64,000 nt of DNA from Histomonas meleagridis 2922-C6/04-290x. Lineage: Eukaryota; Protista; Parabasalia. A program made the position numbers and the translations under genes. This document shows, in pieces, positions 22,206 to 31,436 of this stretch; the first letter of the stretch is position 1; each line of letters begins with the position of its first letter. The notes beneath the pieces were generated by a model. The model was given only the letters and a program-made list of their open reading frames with translations, was not told where the DNA came from and ran no database searches. Where the stretch lies: assembly GCA_020184695.1 (NCBI GenBank), contig JAANOX010000085.1, positions 124,001 through 188,000 on the forward strand. The letters run 5' to 3'.

Positions 22206-23786
22206 ATGACTAGGCCTCAACTCCGCCTTGACTTTGTTAAAAACCTTCCTGACTCAATGAATATATTGCTCCCCAATGAGGAAAATAATGAGGAAAAAAA
22301 GAATTCCCCAGAATACATTAAAGCAAGAGATCTATTTATTGATCAAATCTTCTCAAAAGACTCATTATCAAAACAAATCTTTGACCAGACACATTGGGCT
22401 GTCTTACTTAGAGATATTCCAGATGTTAATGGTGTTAAAGATATTAACAATTATTCTTGGATGGTTGGTCATTACCAATGGGATGAATTAGTTAAAAAGG
22501 TTGTTCATCTCCAAGAATTACATAGCCCAACAACACCATATGGTATTTATCTTGTTCCAACACTTGGTCAATCACTTTATGCACGTGCACCAGAACGTTG
22601 TGAACTTACATATAATTCATTTATATCACCTGTAGATATTCCACCATTCACATATTTAATCCAAAGAAAAGAAGCGAATTCAAACAATGATGAAGAAATC
22701 TACAATAAGGGTGCTGTTTGTACATTCCAAACCCTTGAATCTCTTCATCTTCAATGGGACAAGCTTACTACCTTCACTAAAGAACAATTTGAATTTCTTC
22801 AAAATCCAATTGATGTTAAAATTCTTAAACCGAAAACAGGTTATCAAAACTCCATCAACAAAATGAGCGATGAAGAGTTTGATGACTGGTTCTTTACCAC
22901 AATGGGTGGGTTCATTCCATTGATCCCGAATCCGACCACTGATGATGGGAAACTCATCAAAATTCCTCCAATTTTGGTTGACCCCATTGAATGTACGCCA
23001 CCGAGATATAGTAAACTTATCGAACTTGTTGACAAAATTAATGAGCGCATGTCAACTGACCATTTAGGCGAAAAGGTTCGTGCCATTAAAGGCGTTGTCA
23101 AGTATTGGCAATTTGTTCCTAATAGTATTTCTGACGAACTTGTCATCTTCGCTAACAATGGCAACAACATCCCTGAGAAATCCAAAGAATTCATTCAACT
23201 TTTCCGTGGACAATACGCAGGAGCACGCGATTTCATAGTTGAAGAAATTCTCGACGGGTTTTTACATGTAAAAAGGAAGGACGATGAAGATTTTGAGATG
23301 TTTATGGACGCGCCAATTGAAATCGATAAAGAACTCGAAGGATGGGACAAAGCACTTGGATACAAGGTGATGTTTGGTTTCGACGAAGAATTTAAGAACT
23401 TTTTCTTCGAGACAATGAAAGAAATGAAAGAAGAAATTATGTTTTGGTTTAATAAGGATAACATCCAAAAGTTATATGACGAGTTTAAAGAGCAAATCAC
23501 GAGGGCGATGAGGGAAATGCTCGAAACAAAAGGAATGCAACAGTACTTAAGCATAAGTACCGAACAAAATCAAAACGAACAAAGACACCAATGGTTGCAA
23601 ATGTATGACAAGTATGAAGTTCTATATTGCTTGTGGCCAACTATATATAGGAATAATGAGGGCGTGCTCCATGAAGGAGAAAAGGACCCAATATTGGAAA
23701 AAATTGAAGACGAAATGCTCAAAAACATTTCTAAAACAAGTTCGTTACCAGAGGCTAAGGGGCACCCCATTCCGCCAAATAACTGA
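22206..23786 (+). CDS. Hypothetical protein (526 aa)
   Basis: Long ORF with host-like codon usage, preceded by TCATT; no family recognised. Confidence 0.7.
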   Translation: MTRPQLRLDFVKNLPDSMNILLPNEENNEEKKNSPEYIKARDLFIDQIFSKDSLSKQIFDQTHWAVLLRDIPDVNGVKDINNYSWMVGHYQWDELVKKVVHLQELHSPTTPYGIYLVPTLGQSLYARAPERCELTYNSFISPVDIPPFTYLIQRKEANSNNDEEIYNKGAVCTFQTLESLHLQWDKLTTFTKEQFEFLQNPIDVKILKPKTGYQNSINKMSDEEFDDWFFTTMGGFIPLIPNPTTDDGKLIKIPPILVDPIECTPPRYSKLIELVDKINERMSTDHLGEKVRAIKGVVKYWQFVPNSISDELVIFANNGNNIPEKSKEFIQLFRGQYAGARDFIVEEILDGFLHVKRKDDEDFEMFMDAPIEIDKELEGWDKALGYKVMFGFDEEFKNFFFETMKEMKEEIMFWFNKDNIQKLYDEFKEQITRAMREMLETKGMQQYLSISTEQNQNEQRHQWLQMYDKYEVLYCLWPTIYRNNEGVLHEGEKDPILEKIEDEMLKNISKTSSLPEAKGHPIPPNN

Positions 23787-24377
23787 ATTAAGTTCATTAA
23801 TAATAAGTAAATAACATATGAATTACTATTTGCAAATCCTGTTTCGTTTTGGTGAGACAAAAATATTCATATAAATATTACTTAGACTAACACATTTCAA
23901 GTTATTCGCATTTTAATAGTGCACGTTTAAAAAATTTAGATCATGAAAATCATATCCATATATTAAACATATTTTTTTATTTTAATTGAAAAACACAGTC
24001 TCAGCCTCCAAAACGAGAGGGTAATGGTCACTAAAATTCATTCATAATTTTGTGTTTCATAAGGTTGAAACTTCTCAAGCACGATCATATGTTACAACTC
24101 CTTTTGGTGCCCAAAATACATCACCAAAGTCAACCACAAGGAGGTAATAATCCAGTTACATCCACAAAGTTTAGAATTTTATAAATAAGTTGCAACATAT
24201 TGGATTCCTGAATATGAAATAGATTGTTTGCGTCTTGATCAATGTTATCAAAATGTTCATAACTATTGGCTGGAATCGTGAAGCAGTTCAAAGTTTTTGT
24301 AATGAACATAAGAAACGAAATACATCACAAACTGAGCATTTGATTTCCAGTAAAACATAAAATATATATATACATAT

Positions 24378-27300
24378 TTATTGAATTGTTAGAGCTGATA
24401 TGTTGTTAACCATTTCCAAGACTGGTGCCTCAGCCTGCATTTGATTATTTTCGTCTATTTCTTTTCTATATCCGAAGTGCCTATTTAGCTCCTGAATCTT
24501 TTGTTCTCTTTCGAAGTTATTTAAGTCGGGATCGTAACAGGAGATTTGCTGCAACATTACCAACAAATCCTTCATGAACTTAAAGAAGTTATTTAGAGGT
24601 AATTGCACCACGTTAAACATTGTTTCGGTGATATCGAACAATTCTTTTTGCGAATGATTTTGGAACATTTCGCACAAACAATTCGCGACATCTCCTGCGT
24701 GATTTCTTACGAAGTTCAAACTTAATAATCTTTTAATCAATGTTGTATTCGTTTGAAAAGAAGATTTATAATTCAAATCGAAGAAATGTCTTAATGCAAA
24801 CACAACAATTCTCATTGAATATCTTTCCAAAAATGCTTGTGCAAACTCTTCGTTTTGTCCTTCGATGAAAGAAAACAATTCGCTAAGTGAATTCAAGCAG
24901 AATATACTTGATTCGATATTATTTTGTGAGCAACCAAATTCATGAATATTGATAATGAAGTCAAGAACTTGTATATTAAACTCATTACAATGTAATGGGA
25001 TATAAGCTATATAAAAACTTTTCGTTAATGCAAATAATGGAAACTTAAACTCGACTGTACTTTCTAAGTGATTTATTATCATTTCAAATGTTGGTACTAT
25101 TAACTTAAAGAAGATTTCTTCATGAAGTTGATTAAGATATGATTTAAAAATATGGAAACAATCACTAAATAATGTTAATACTTCTGGTGTTCTAGCATTA
25201 GTATTTTGTAAATAATCATCAAGTAATGGATCTTTAATAGGTTTAAATATATATTCAATGACTATATTGATATCATCTGAATATAATATCATATGTCGTA
25301 ATAATGTTATAATCTCAGAACGTAATACTCTAAATAAAAACTCCGGATTATTATTAATGATTTGTGATAATGTTAAATATAATCCAAGAATTTGTTGGAT
25401 ATTAGGTATGAAAGATTTAATGAAATAACTACCTAAATATAATGGGATTTGTGAACAACATTTAATTATTATTATTAAATATTGATAAGTTCCAATGTTT
25501 TCTGGATTAAATGAACTCATTACTTGATTAAACTTTGTCATTAAATCATTAACTAACGCATCAGTAATTTGTGATTTCACTTCATTGTTTAATACTCCTT
25601 GAACTAACAATGATATTATCTCATAAAATATTGGTATATTATCTGGTTTAAGTTCATTAATAATTGGTTCTATGTTTTGTAAAAAGAATTGTAATGTAGA
25701 AATTTCTTCATTTTGTTGTGGTACTGATAACCATTTCCTACAAAACTTTGCATATGTCTTTAATGTATCTAAACTATACTCTTGTAACATACATGTTTTG
25801 ACCTTAATGAAGTTATTAATAATTTGTCCAATAACTACCTTTAAAAGATTTGGAAATCGATCCATAAATTTATAATATTGTCCACATACAAATACGGTCC
25901 CTTCTGCTACAAGTGCACAATCTTTAGGGTTTTCGATTTGTTGACATATAGAAAATAATATTGTTAACACTTTCGGTAATAATTCATTTTCCATATCTGT
26001 CGATACACCTGCAATACAACCGATAGCCCAACATAATGATCGAATTGAGTCGACGTTTAAACCATTATATAATTCATTTAACCTTTCAAGGATTACACTT
26101 TTTATGTCATTACTATTAAGTCTTGTTAAGAATATTAAACATTCTTTTGCAGTACTAAAAAAATTACCAAATGTTCTCTTGTTGTTAATGATTTGTCGCA
26201 TTTTTCCATCTTCATCTAATACATTTATCATGTCAATTGGTGTTGGCATTCGTTCGATTAATAAAACGGATATTTGATGCATTAAAATTGGATACATTTC
26301 GGGTACTTTAATGCGGCCGCCTTCACTTTCACATGCTAAATACCATAACATATATTGCCAAAATGTTATACACTCTTCAAATAAATCTTGTGATGATCCA
26401 ACTGTTACAATATATACCCATTGTAATACTTGTTGAAGTTGTGGTAATATTTCATTGACTTTTAATACATTCTCATGCCGCTTAAATATGGCTAATATGG
26501 CTGAAACAAATCCATTCGAAAATTGATCATCACCTGATAAATCTGAAACTAACGCAAAATCATCTCCAATAGCTTGTTGAAGGGAATTAACTAAAGTAAT
26601 AAATAATGGGATAACTTGATCATCGGTACATGATTTACTGACAAATTCTGCAAATAATCCAATAACTGGAACTGCAAGTTTGGGGTGCCCCATATAATTG
26701 GTCAATAGCTGTTGAACCCATTCAGTAGATATAAGGACTTGCACTGTGTTTGGAATACGGAGTAATTTCTTTAACGTAGTAAGTGCATTCTTGCTAAGTT
26801 CAATGTCTTGATCATTAACACAATTATGAATAAAGTTTAAAATACCTTCAATTTCATTGGAAAGTGCTCGCGTCATTTCATCAGCGCGTAAGCTTGTTAA
26901 GGAATCTTCTGCAAATTCAGTTATCTCGGATAATAACATGGAGATAATAGAAAGTGAATTATAACAAAAATCTCGCGTGGTGAAGTTCATCACATCAGAA
27001 AAGAAAGTATTCCATTTTTGAGGCCATTCATGTTTAGCTATTTCAATTAATATAAGATCAATTGTTGATAAAAATGATGTCCTGATTTGACCTTGACTGA
27101 CATTAATAACATACTGAGGAATAAGATTTAATGCAAAGAAACGTACATTCATTTGAAATTCTTCAGGTAGTGAATCCCATTTTAAGCGTGCTGTATCGCG
27201 TAAAACATTAAGTGCAGCAAATTTAATTATTCCTACTTTGCTTTCTGTAAATATTGGTATTGCACATTGAAATGAATCTTCACGTTGAAAAAATTGAACA

Positions 27301-27404
27301 ATGAATTCATTAGCTTGTTGTTGTGACATAGTTTGATCACCGCCCGTATTGAGTGCATTCCCTGCTTTATCAAGAAGATTAACTATTGATGGGTCATGTT
27401 GCAT
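24378..27404 (-). CDS. Exportin-1/CRM1-like karyopherin (divergent)
   Basis: IEIAKHEWPQKW, LCWAIGCIAG (CRM1 LCWAIGSISG), FVCGQYYKF, ILFSICQQ with the Cys matching the leptomycin-target region, QISCYDPDL. Confidence 0.82.
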   Translation of the reverse strand: MQHDPSIVNLLDKAGNALNTGGDQTMSQQQANEFIVQFFQREDSFQCAIPIFTESKVGIIKFAALNVLRDTARLKWDSLPEEFQMNVRFFALNLIPQYVINVSQGQIRTSFLSTIDLILIEIAKHEWPQKWNTFFSDVMNFTTRDFCYNSLSIISMLLSEITEFAEDSLTSLRADEMTRALSNEIEGILNFIHNCVNDQDIELSKNALTTLKKLLRIPNTVQVLISTEWVQQLLTNYMGHPKLAVPVIGLFAEFVSKSCTDDQVIPLFITLVNSLQQAIGDDFALVSDLSGDDQFSNGFVSAILAIFKRHENVLKVNEILPQLQQVLQWVYIVTVGSSQDLFEECITFWQYMLWYLACESEGGRIKVPEMYPILMHQISVLLIERMPTPIDMINVLDEDGKMRQIINNKRTFGNFFSTAKECLIFLTRLNSNDIKSVILERLNELYNGLNVDSIRSLCWAIGCIAGVSTDMENELLPKVLTILFSICQQIENPKDCALVAEGTVFVCGQYYKFMDRFPNLLKVVIGQIINNFIKVKTCMLQEYSLDTLKTYAKFCRKWLSVPQQNEEISTLQFFLQNIEPIINELKPDNIPIFYEIISLLVQGVLNNEVKSQITDALVNDLMTKFNQVMSSFNPENIGTYQYLIIIIKCCSQIPLYLGSYFIKSFIPNIQQILGLYLTLSQIINNNPEFLFRVLRSEIITLLRHMILYSDDINIVIEYIFKPIKDPLLDDYLQNTNARTPEVLTLFSDCFHIFKSYLNQLHEEIFFKLIVPTFEMIINHLESTVEFKFPLFALTKSFYIAYIPLHCNEFNIQVLDFIINIHEFGCSQNNIESSIFCLNSLSELFSFIEGQNEEFAQAFLERYSMRIVVFALRHFFDLNYKSSFQTNTTLIKRLLSLNFVRNHAGDVANCLCEMFQNHSQKELFDITETMFNVVQLPLNNFFKFMKDLLVMLQQISCYDPDLNNFEREQKIQELNRHFGYRKEIDENNQMQAEAPVLEMVNNISALTIQ

Positions 27405-27691
27405 TCAAGATTGGCTTGGTATTTGCTATCGTCCCTCACAATTTCGTGGTTGATAACATTCATCGTTGAACGTAAACTATTCATCGTTAAAAAAACTTTC
27501 TTATGATTCACTCCATAATTTTTGTTGTAAAGAATTACTTTTAATGATAATATAAAGGTTGTGTATTTTTAAAGTTTAAAGGAAAGAAGAAAATTTCAAC
27601 AAAAGATTGAAGATGAACATTTTATTAAATAAAGATTTAAGTCTTCCCTTAAAAAATAAAAGAGGATTGTAGGTGTTTGATTCCATAAAAC

Positions 27692-27967
27692 TTATTTGAT
27701 TCTTTGATTAGGATCTTTGATAAGAGATTTTGTTGAAACACCAGCTGCCTTTGTTTTTTCTTCTGATGGCTTAATAAATCTCATACCTCCACCTAATGGG
27801 TCTTTCATAGCTTTGCTCATAACAACAGCTTCGATCTTTTTGGAAACAGCTGCTGTAATAGGATCCCTTCTCTTCTTCCAAACACGCTTTTGCCTTTGCC
27901 TTATTTCTACTTTCTTGTTTCCTTTTTGATGTGCTTTATTTGCTTTCTTTGCTGCTCCTTGAGTCAT
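27692..27967 (-). CDS. Small basic protein, UPF0390/C19orf53-like
   Basis: MTQG start, Lys-rich, KKIEAVVMSKA resembles KKIEHDVVMKA of the family (recalled, not searched). Confidence 0.6.
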   Translation of the reverse strand: MTQGAAKKANKAHQKGNKKVEIRQRQKRVWKKRRDPITAAVSKKIEAVVMSKAMKDPLGGGMRFIKPSEEKTKAAGVSTKSLIKDPNQRIK

Positions 27968-28098
27968 TGAACGACCAGAGATTTAAATTCACATATCATG
28001 TTAAAAAATTGACAGATGAGATTTTCGGAAAAAATTCAATATAACGATAGTAATTTTCTATTTATTTCTATCGGTCATTGCAAAGGTTTTTTTGGAGT

Positions 28099-29205
28099 TC
28101 AAAGCCAACCTCCTAAATCATATCCTCTTATACGGAATTTATTATTTACAACCTTAACCAAAAGCACTTCGTTTTGGAATCCACATATATCTTTGTCAGA
28201 GATAAAAATTGGTGCACAATCCCATTCTATACATCTGCTAGTTATCATATTAAGTCCCATAAAGTATTCAGGATAGTACATAAATAATGCATTGAAGATA
28301 TTTTCTTCTCTGATTACATTCATTCCTTTTTGAAGATAAATATCATGTACTTTAAAAAACAATTCTCTTGCCATCTTAATAGATTCAGATCTACCTCCAA
28401 AAAAACCTGCTGCTATAACATTACCAAAGTTTGGGTCAAGGTTTTCCATTGGTATATAATTCATTCCATTTGGTTCAAAGTGACTTTTTCCTCGAACTTC
28501 AAACAAAAATTGGGAATGTCCAGCAAAAATTTTCTCAACTCTTTTTTTAGATGGGAAAACGAATGTACTATAGTTTGTTTTTTTGATCAATCCAGCATCA
28601 ATCCAAAATATGTATTTGTAATTGTTAGAAAGCATACTCACGTCTTCAAGTAAACATATTTTTGAATTCCAAATAGCGCCCATATCTTCGCTAATAAAAA
28701 TTTTTTTGGTGCAATATTTTTTTGATATTGTGATGTACTTTTTTTTGTATCGAGACATGCCACAAATTTTATACGGATCTTCATATGTTAGGTTAATGAA
28801 TAAATTATCGTAACTCTTTGGCTGAAGTATTTCTACTCCAATTTGATTTGAATAAAGATAAAAATCATTTTCCCTTGAAATATTCCCAAGCAAACTTGAA
28901 AAACGTTCTCTATAGTATTCCATTGGGTGCCTTTGACGTGGTTTCTCAACAAAATAGAAAAATGATGTTACAAATGCAATTTGATTCTTTTTAATCTTAT
29001 TTGGGTTTAAATCAACAATATTTTGAGAGAGACCTAATGAGCATATGTGAGGGAGTATAAGAACATATGGTTCGCTCTCGTGATTATTTAAAATACATTT
29101 ATTTTTTGATCGAGATAAAGAAGTTGTAATTAAAGCTATGATAGTAAGGATTAATAAACATATACCACTAAAAGCCGTATTCTGTTGTTCTTGAGATTGC
29201 TCCAT
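28099..29205 (-). CDS. Type II membrane protein, HtrL/YibB-like putative glycosyltransferase
   Basis: N-terminal TM helix; IWNSKI, FWIDAG, IAAGFFGG, EENIFNAL motifs. Confidence 0.6.
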   Translation of the reverse strand: MEQSQEQQNTAFSGICLLILTIIALITTSLSRSKNKCILNNHESEPYVLILPHICSLGLSQNIVDLNPNKIKKNQIAFVTSFFYFVEKPRQRHPMEYYRERFSSLLGNISRENDFYLYSNQIGVEILQPKSYDNLFINLTYEDPYKICGMSRYKKKYITISKKYCTKKIFISEDMGAIWNSKICLLEDVSMLSNNYKYIFWIDAGLIKKTNYSTFVFPSKKRVEKIFAGHSQFLFEVRGKSHFEPNGMNYIPMENLDPNFGNVIAAGFFGGRSESIKMARELFFKVHDIYLQKGMNVIREENIFNALFMYYPEYFMGLNMITSRCIEWDCAPIFISDKDICGFQNEVLLVKVVNNKFRIRGYDLGGWL

Positions 29206-29431
29206 CCATAAAGAATCCTACTTTTGAACCATCTCAATTGAATCAAAACCGATCATAAGCATTGAAAGATTGACTCATTTATTCAGTTTTTACCAGAAAA
29301 AATGGCTGTTACTCAATTTTTGGGAGTTCTGGTTGATGAATAACCACAACCGTTTTTTCCTCACTATCGTATAACGGTTACGAAAATACAGCGCTTCAAC
29401 AATAGTAATGTAATTTTTGGCGTTTAAACAA

Positions 29432-29551
29432 AATATTTGGAAATGATTCATAATATTATTTGATACAGTACTTATTTGTGCATCTGCAAATGGATATGTA
29501 GAAATTGTTATAATGCTTCTTCTAGAAAAAGGAATGAATTTAAATTTTCAC
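29432..29551 (+). pseudogene. Orphan ankyrin cassette with 3' half of the spacer
   Basis: aaatatttggaaat core, then GAT ACA GTA CTT ATT TGT GCA TCT GCA AAT GGA TAT GTA GAA ATT GTT (DTVLICASANGYVEIV..LLLEKGMN) starting at 29462. Confidence 0.65.
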
Positions 29552-29988
29552 GAGATTTTTGCAAGTGCCGAAGGCACGAACGGTTTTGATCGTCATGCAT
29601 TGAAAAAGTGAAGCTTCACTTCATTTGACAAAACTTCTTAAAAAAGATTCAATACTTTATACCGAAATTGAATAATTTCTAATGTTTTCTTTCCATAACA
29701 GACTGAAAATAATAAGATGTACTCAATAGATTTCCATTAAACTTTGAGAGTAAATAATACTATGAATAGTAAAAAATTTTTTGTTGTTATGTATTTTTCA
29801 TCATTTTTTCCACAAAAATTATCATCAAATTATATGAAAATCATACAATGAAATATGATATAAAATATTCTATTTATCAAATTTTGATTCATATAATAAT
29901 ATTGATCAAATTTCATGTGTTAATGATAATGTATGAAGACAAACTGAATTTAGGAAATGTTTATTTCAATATTTAAATATTACCTCTT

Positions 29989-31257
29989 TTATCCTTGAGA
30001 ATCTTTTAATTTTATTATGTCGTCACATTTATGATGTTGAATTTTGTCTGCAAATAATCGAATAATTTCTGCATTTTTCTTTTCTGATGATATCATAAGT
30101 GCTGTTTGAAATAATTTAAATAATTTCCAAATATTATCTTGAAATATCAAATTATTAAAATAAATTTCAAATAAATTAAACAAATATCTTTAGCATTAAT
30201 ATCAATTCCTTCTTGTTCAAGAAGTAATTTAACTATTTCTATATAACCAGAATAAGATGCATACATAAGTGCTGTCCAAAATAATTTAAATAATTTCCAA
30301 ATATTATTTTGAAATATTAAATTATTAAAATAAATATCAAATAAAACAAATAAATACTTTTAGCATTAATATCAATTCCTTCTTGTTCAAGAAGTAATTT
30401 AACTATTTCTGTATGACCATCTCTAGATGCCCATATAAGTGCTGTCCAAAATAATTTAAATAATTTCCAAATATTATCTTGAAATATCAAATTATTAAAA
30501 TAAATTCTAAATAAAACAAATAAATATCTTTAGCATTAATATCAATTCCTTTTTGTTCAAGAAGTAATTTAACAATTTCTGTATAACCATAATAAGATGC
30601 ATACATAAGTGCTGTTTGAAATAATTTAAATAATTTCCAAATATTATTTTGTAATATTAAATAAAACAAATAAATATTTTGAGCATTAATATCAATTCCT
30701 TTTTGTTCAAGAAGTAATTTAACTATTTCTGTGTGACCATTATAGATGTAATAATTGCTGTTCTAAATTCTTAAAAAAAATCCAAATATTACCCGAAAAT
30801 ATCAAATTATTAAAATAAATTCTAAATAAAACAAATAAATATCTTTAGCATTAATATCAATTCCTTCTTGTTCAAGAAGTAATTTAACTATTTCTGTATG
30901 ACCATTATCAGATGCTCTAATAAGTGCTGTTTGAAATAATTTAAATAATTTCCAAATATTATCTTGAAATATCAAATTATTAAAATAAATTTCAAATAAA
31001 TTAAACAAATATCTTTAGCATTAATATCAATTCCTTCTTGTTCTAGAAGTAATTTAACTATTTCTGTATAACCTTTTTCTGATGCTAAAATAAGTGCTGT
31101 ATTAAATAATTTAAATAATTTCCAAATATTATTTTTGAAATATAAAATTATTAAAATAAATTTCATTTTTAGCATTAATATCAATTCCTTCTTTTTCAAG
31201 AAGTAATTTAACTATTTCTGTATAACCATTTTTTGAAGCATTTGTTAGTGCTAAAAA
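29989..31257 (-). repeat. Ankyrin cassette array A: 8 modules separated by AT-rich frame-breaking spacers (170-bp period)
   Basis: Modules 31165-31257, 31011-31103, 30841-30933, 30676-30764 (4-nt loss), 30526-30618, 30356-30448, 30186-30278, terminal 29989-30108. Spacers 61, 77, 76, 57, 77, 77, 77 nt. Confidence 0.9.
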
Positions 31258-31436
31258 TTTTTGAAAAAAAAAAATTAAAAATTTTTATGATGAAACAATA
31301 AAATATTTGAACAAAAATCTAATGAAATAAGCAAACAATCTTGCTAAAATCAATGTATCTATTGTTAATTAAATAGTTATAAAGTTCCACATTTCCAGAA
31401 AAACACGAAATTTTCAAAAAATCAATAGGAATATGA

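Noticed and set aside
23884-23901. ACTAACACAT resembling the trichomonad branch point
   Set aside because: Intergenic, not followed by the ACACAG 3' splice site, and no coding context.
23990-24370. GC-richer intergenic stretch with short open frames
   Set aside because: No recognisable motif; frames are interrupted by stops.
30449-30525. Canonical GT-AG intron inside the spacer
   Set aside because: GT at nt 9 to AG at nt 48 removes 40 nt and does not restore the frame. GT9-AG19 would restore it but is only 11 nt, and that AG is absent in other spacers. No ACTAAC is present.
30449-30525. Spacer as an insertion with an ATTT target-site duplication, precisely excised
   Set aside because: Leaving one ATTT removes 73 nt, which does not restore the frame; there are no clear terminal inverted repeats.
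30443-30528. U12-type AT-AC intron (from the AT of GAT to the AC of ACA)
   Set aside because: It would remove 84 nt, leaving the frameshift. The 5' sequence ATATTT is not ATATCC, and parabasalids are not known to have a minor spliceosome.
29989-31257. 170-bp periodic array read as a CRISPR-like array
   Set aside because: Eukaryotic context, no cas genes, and the conserved part encodes ankyrin protein; the spacers are homologous to each other rather than unique.
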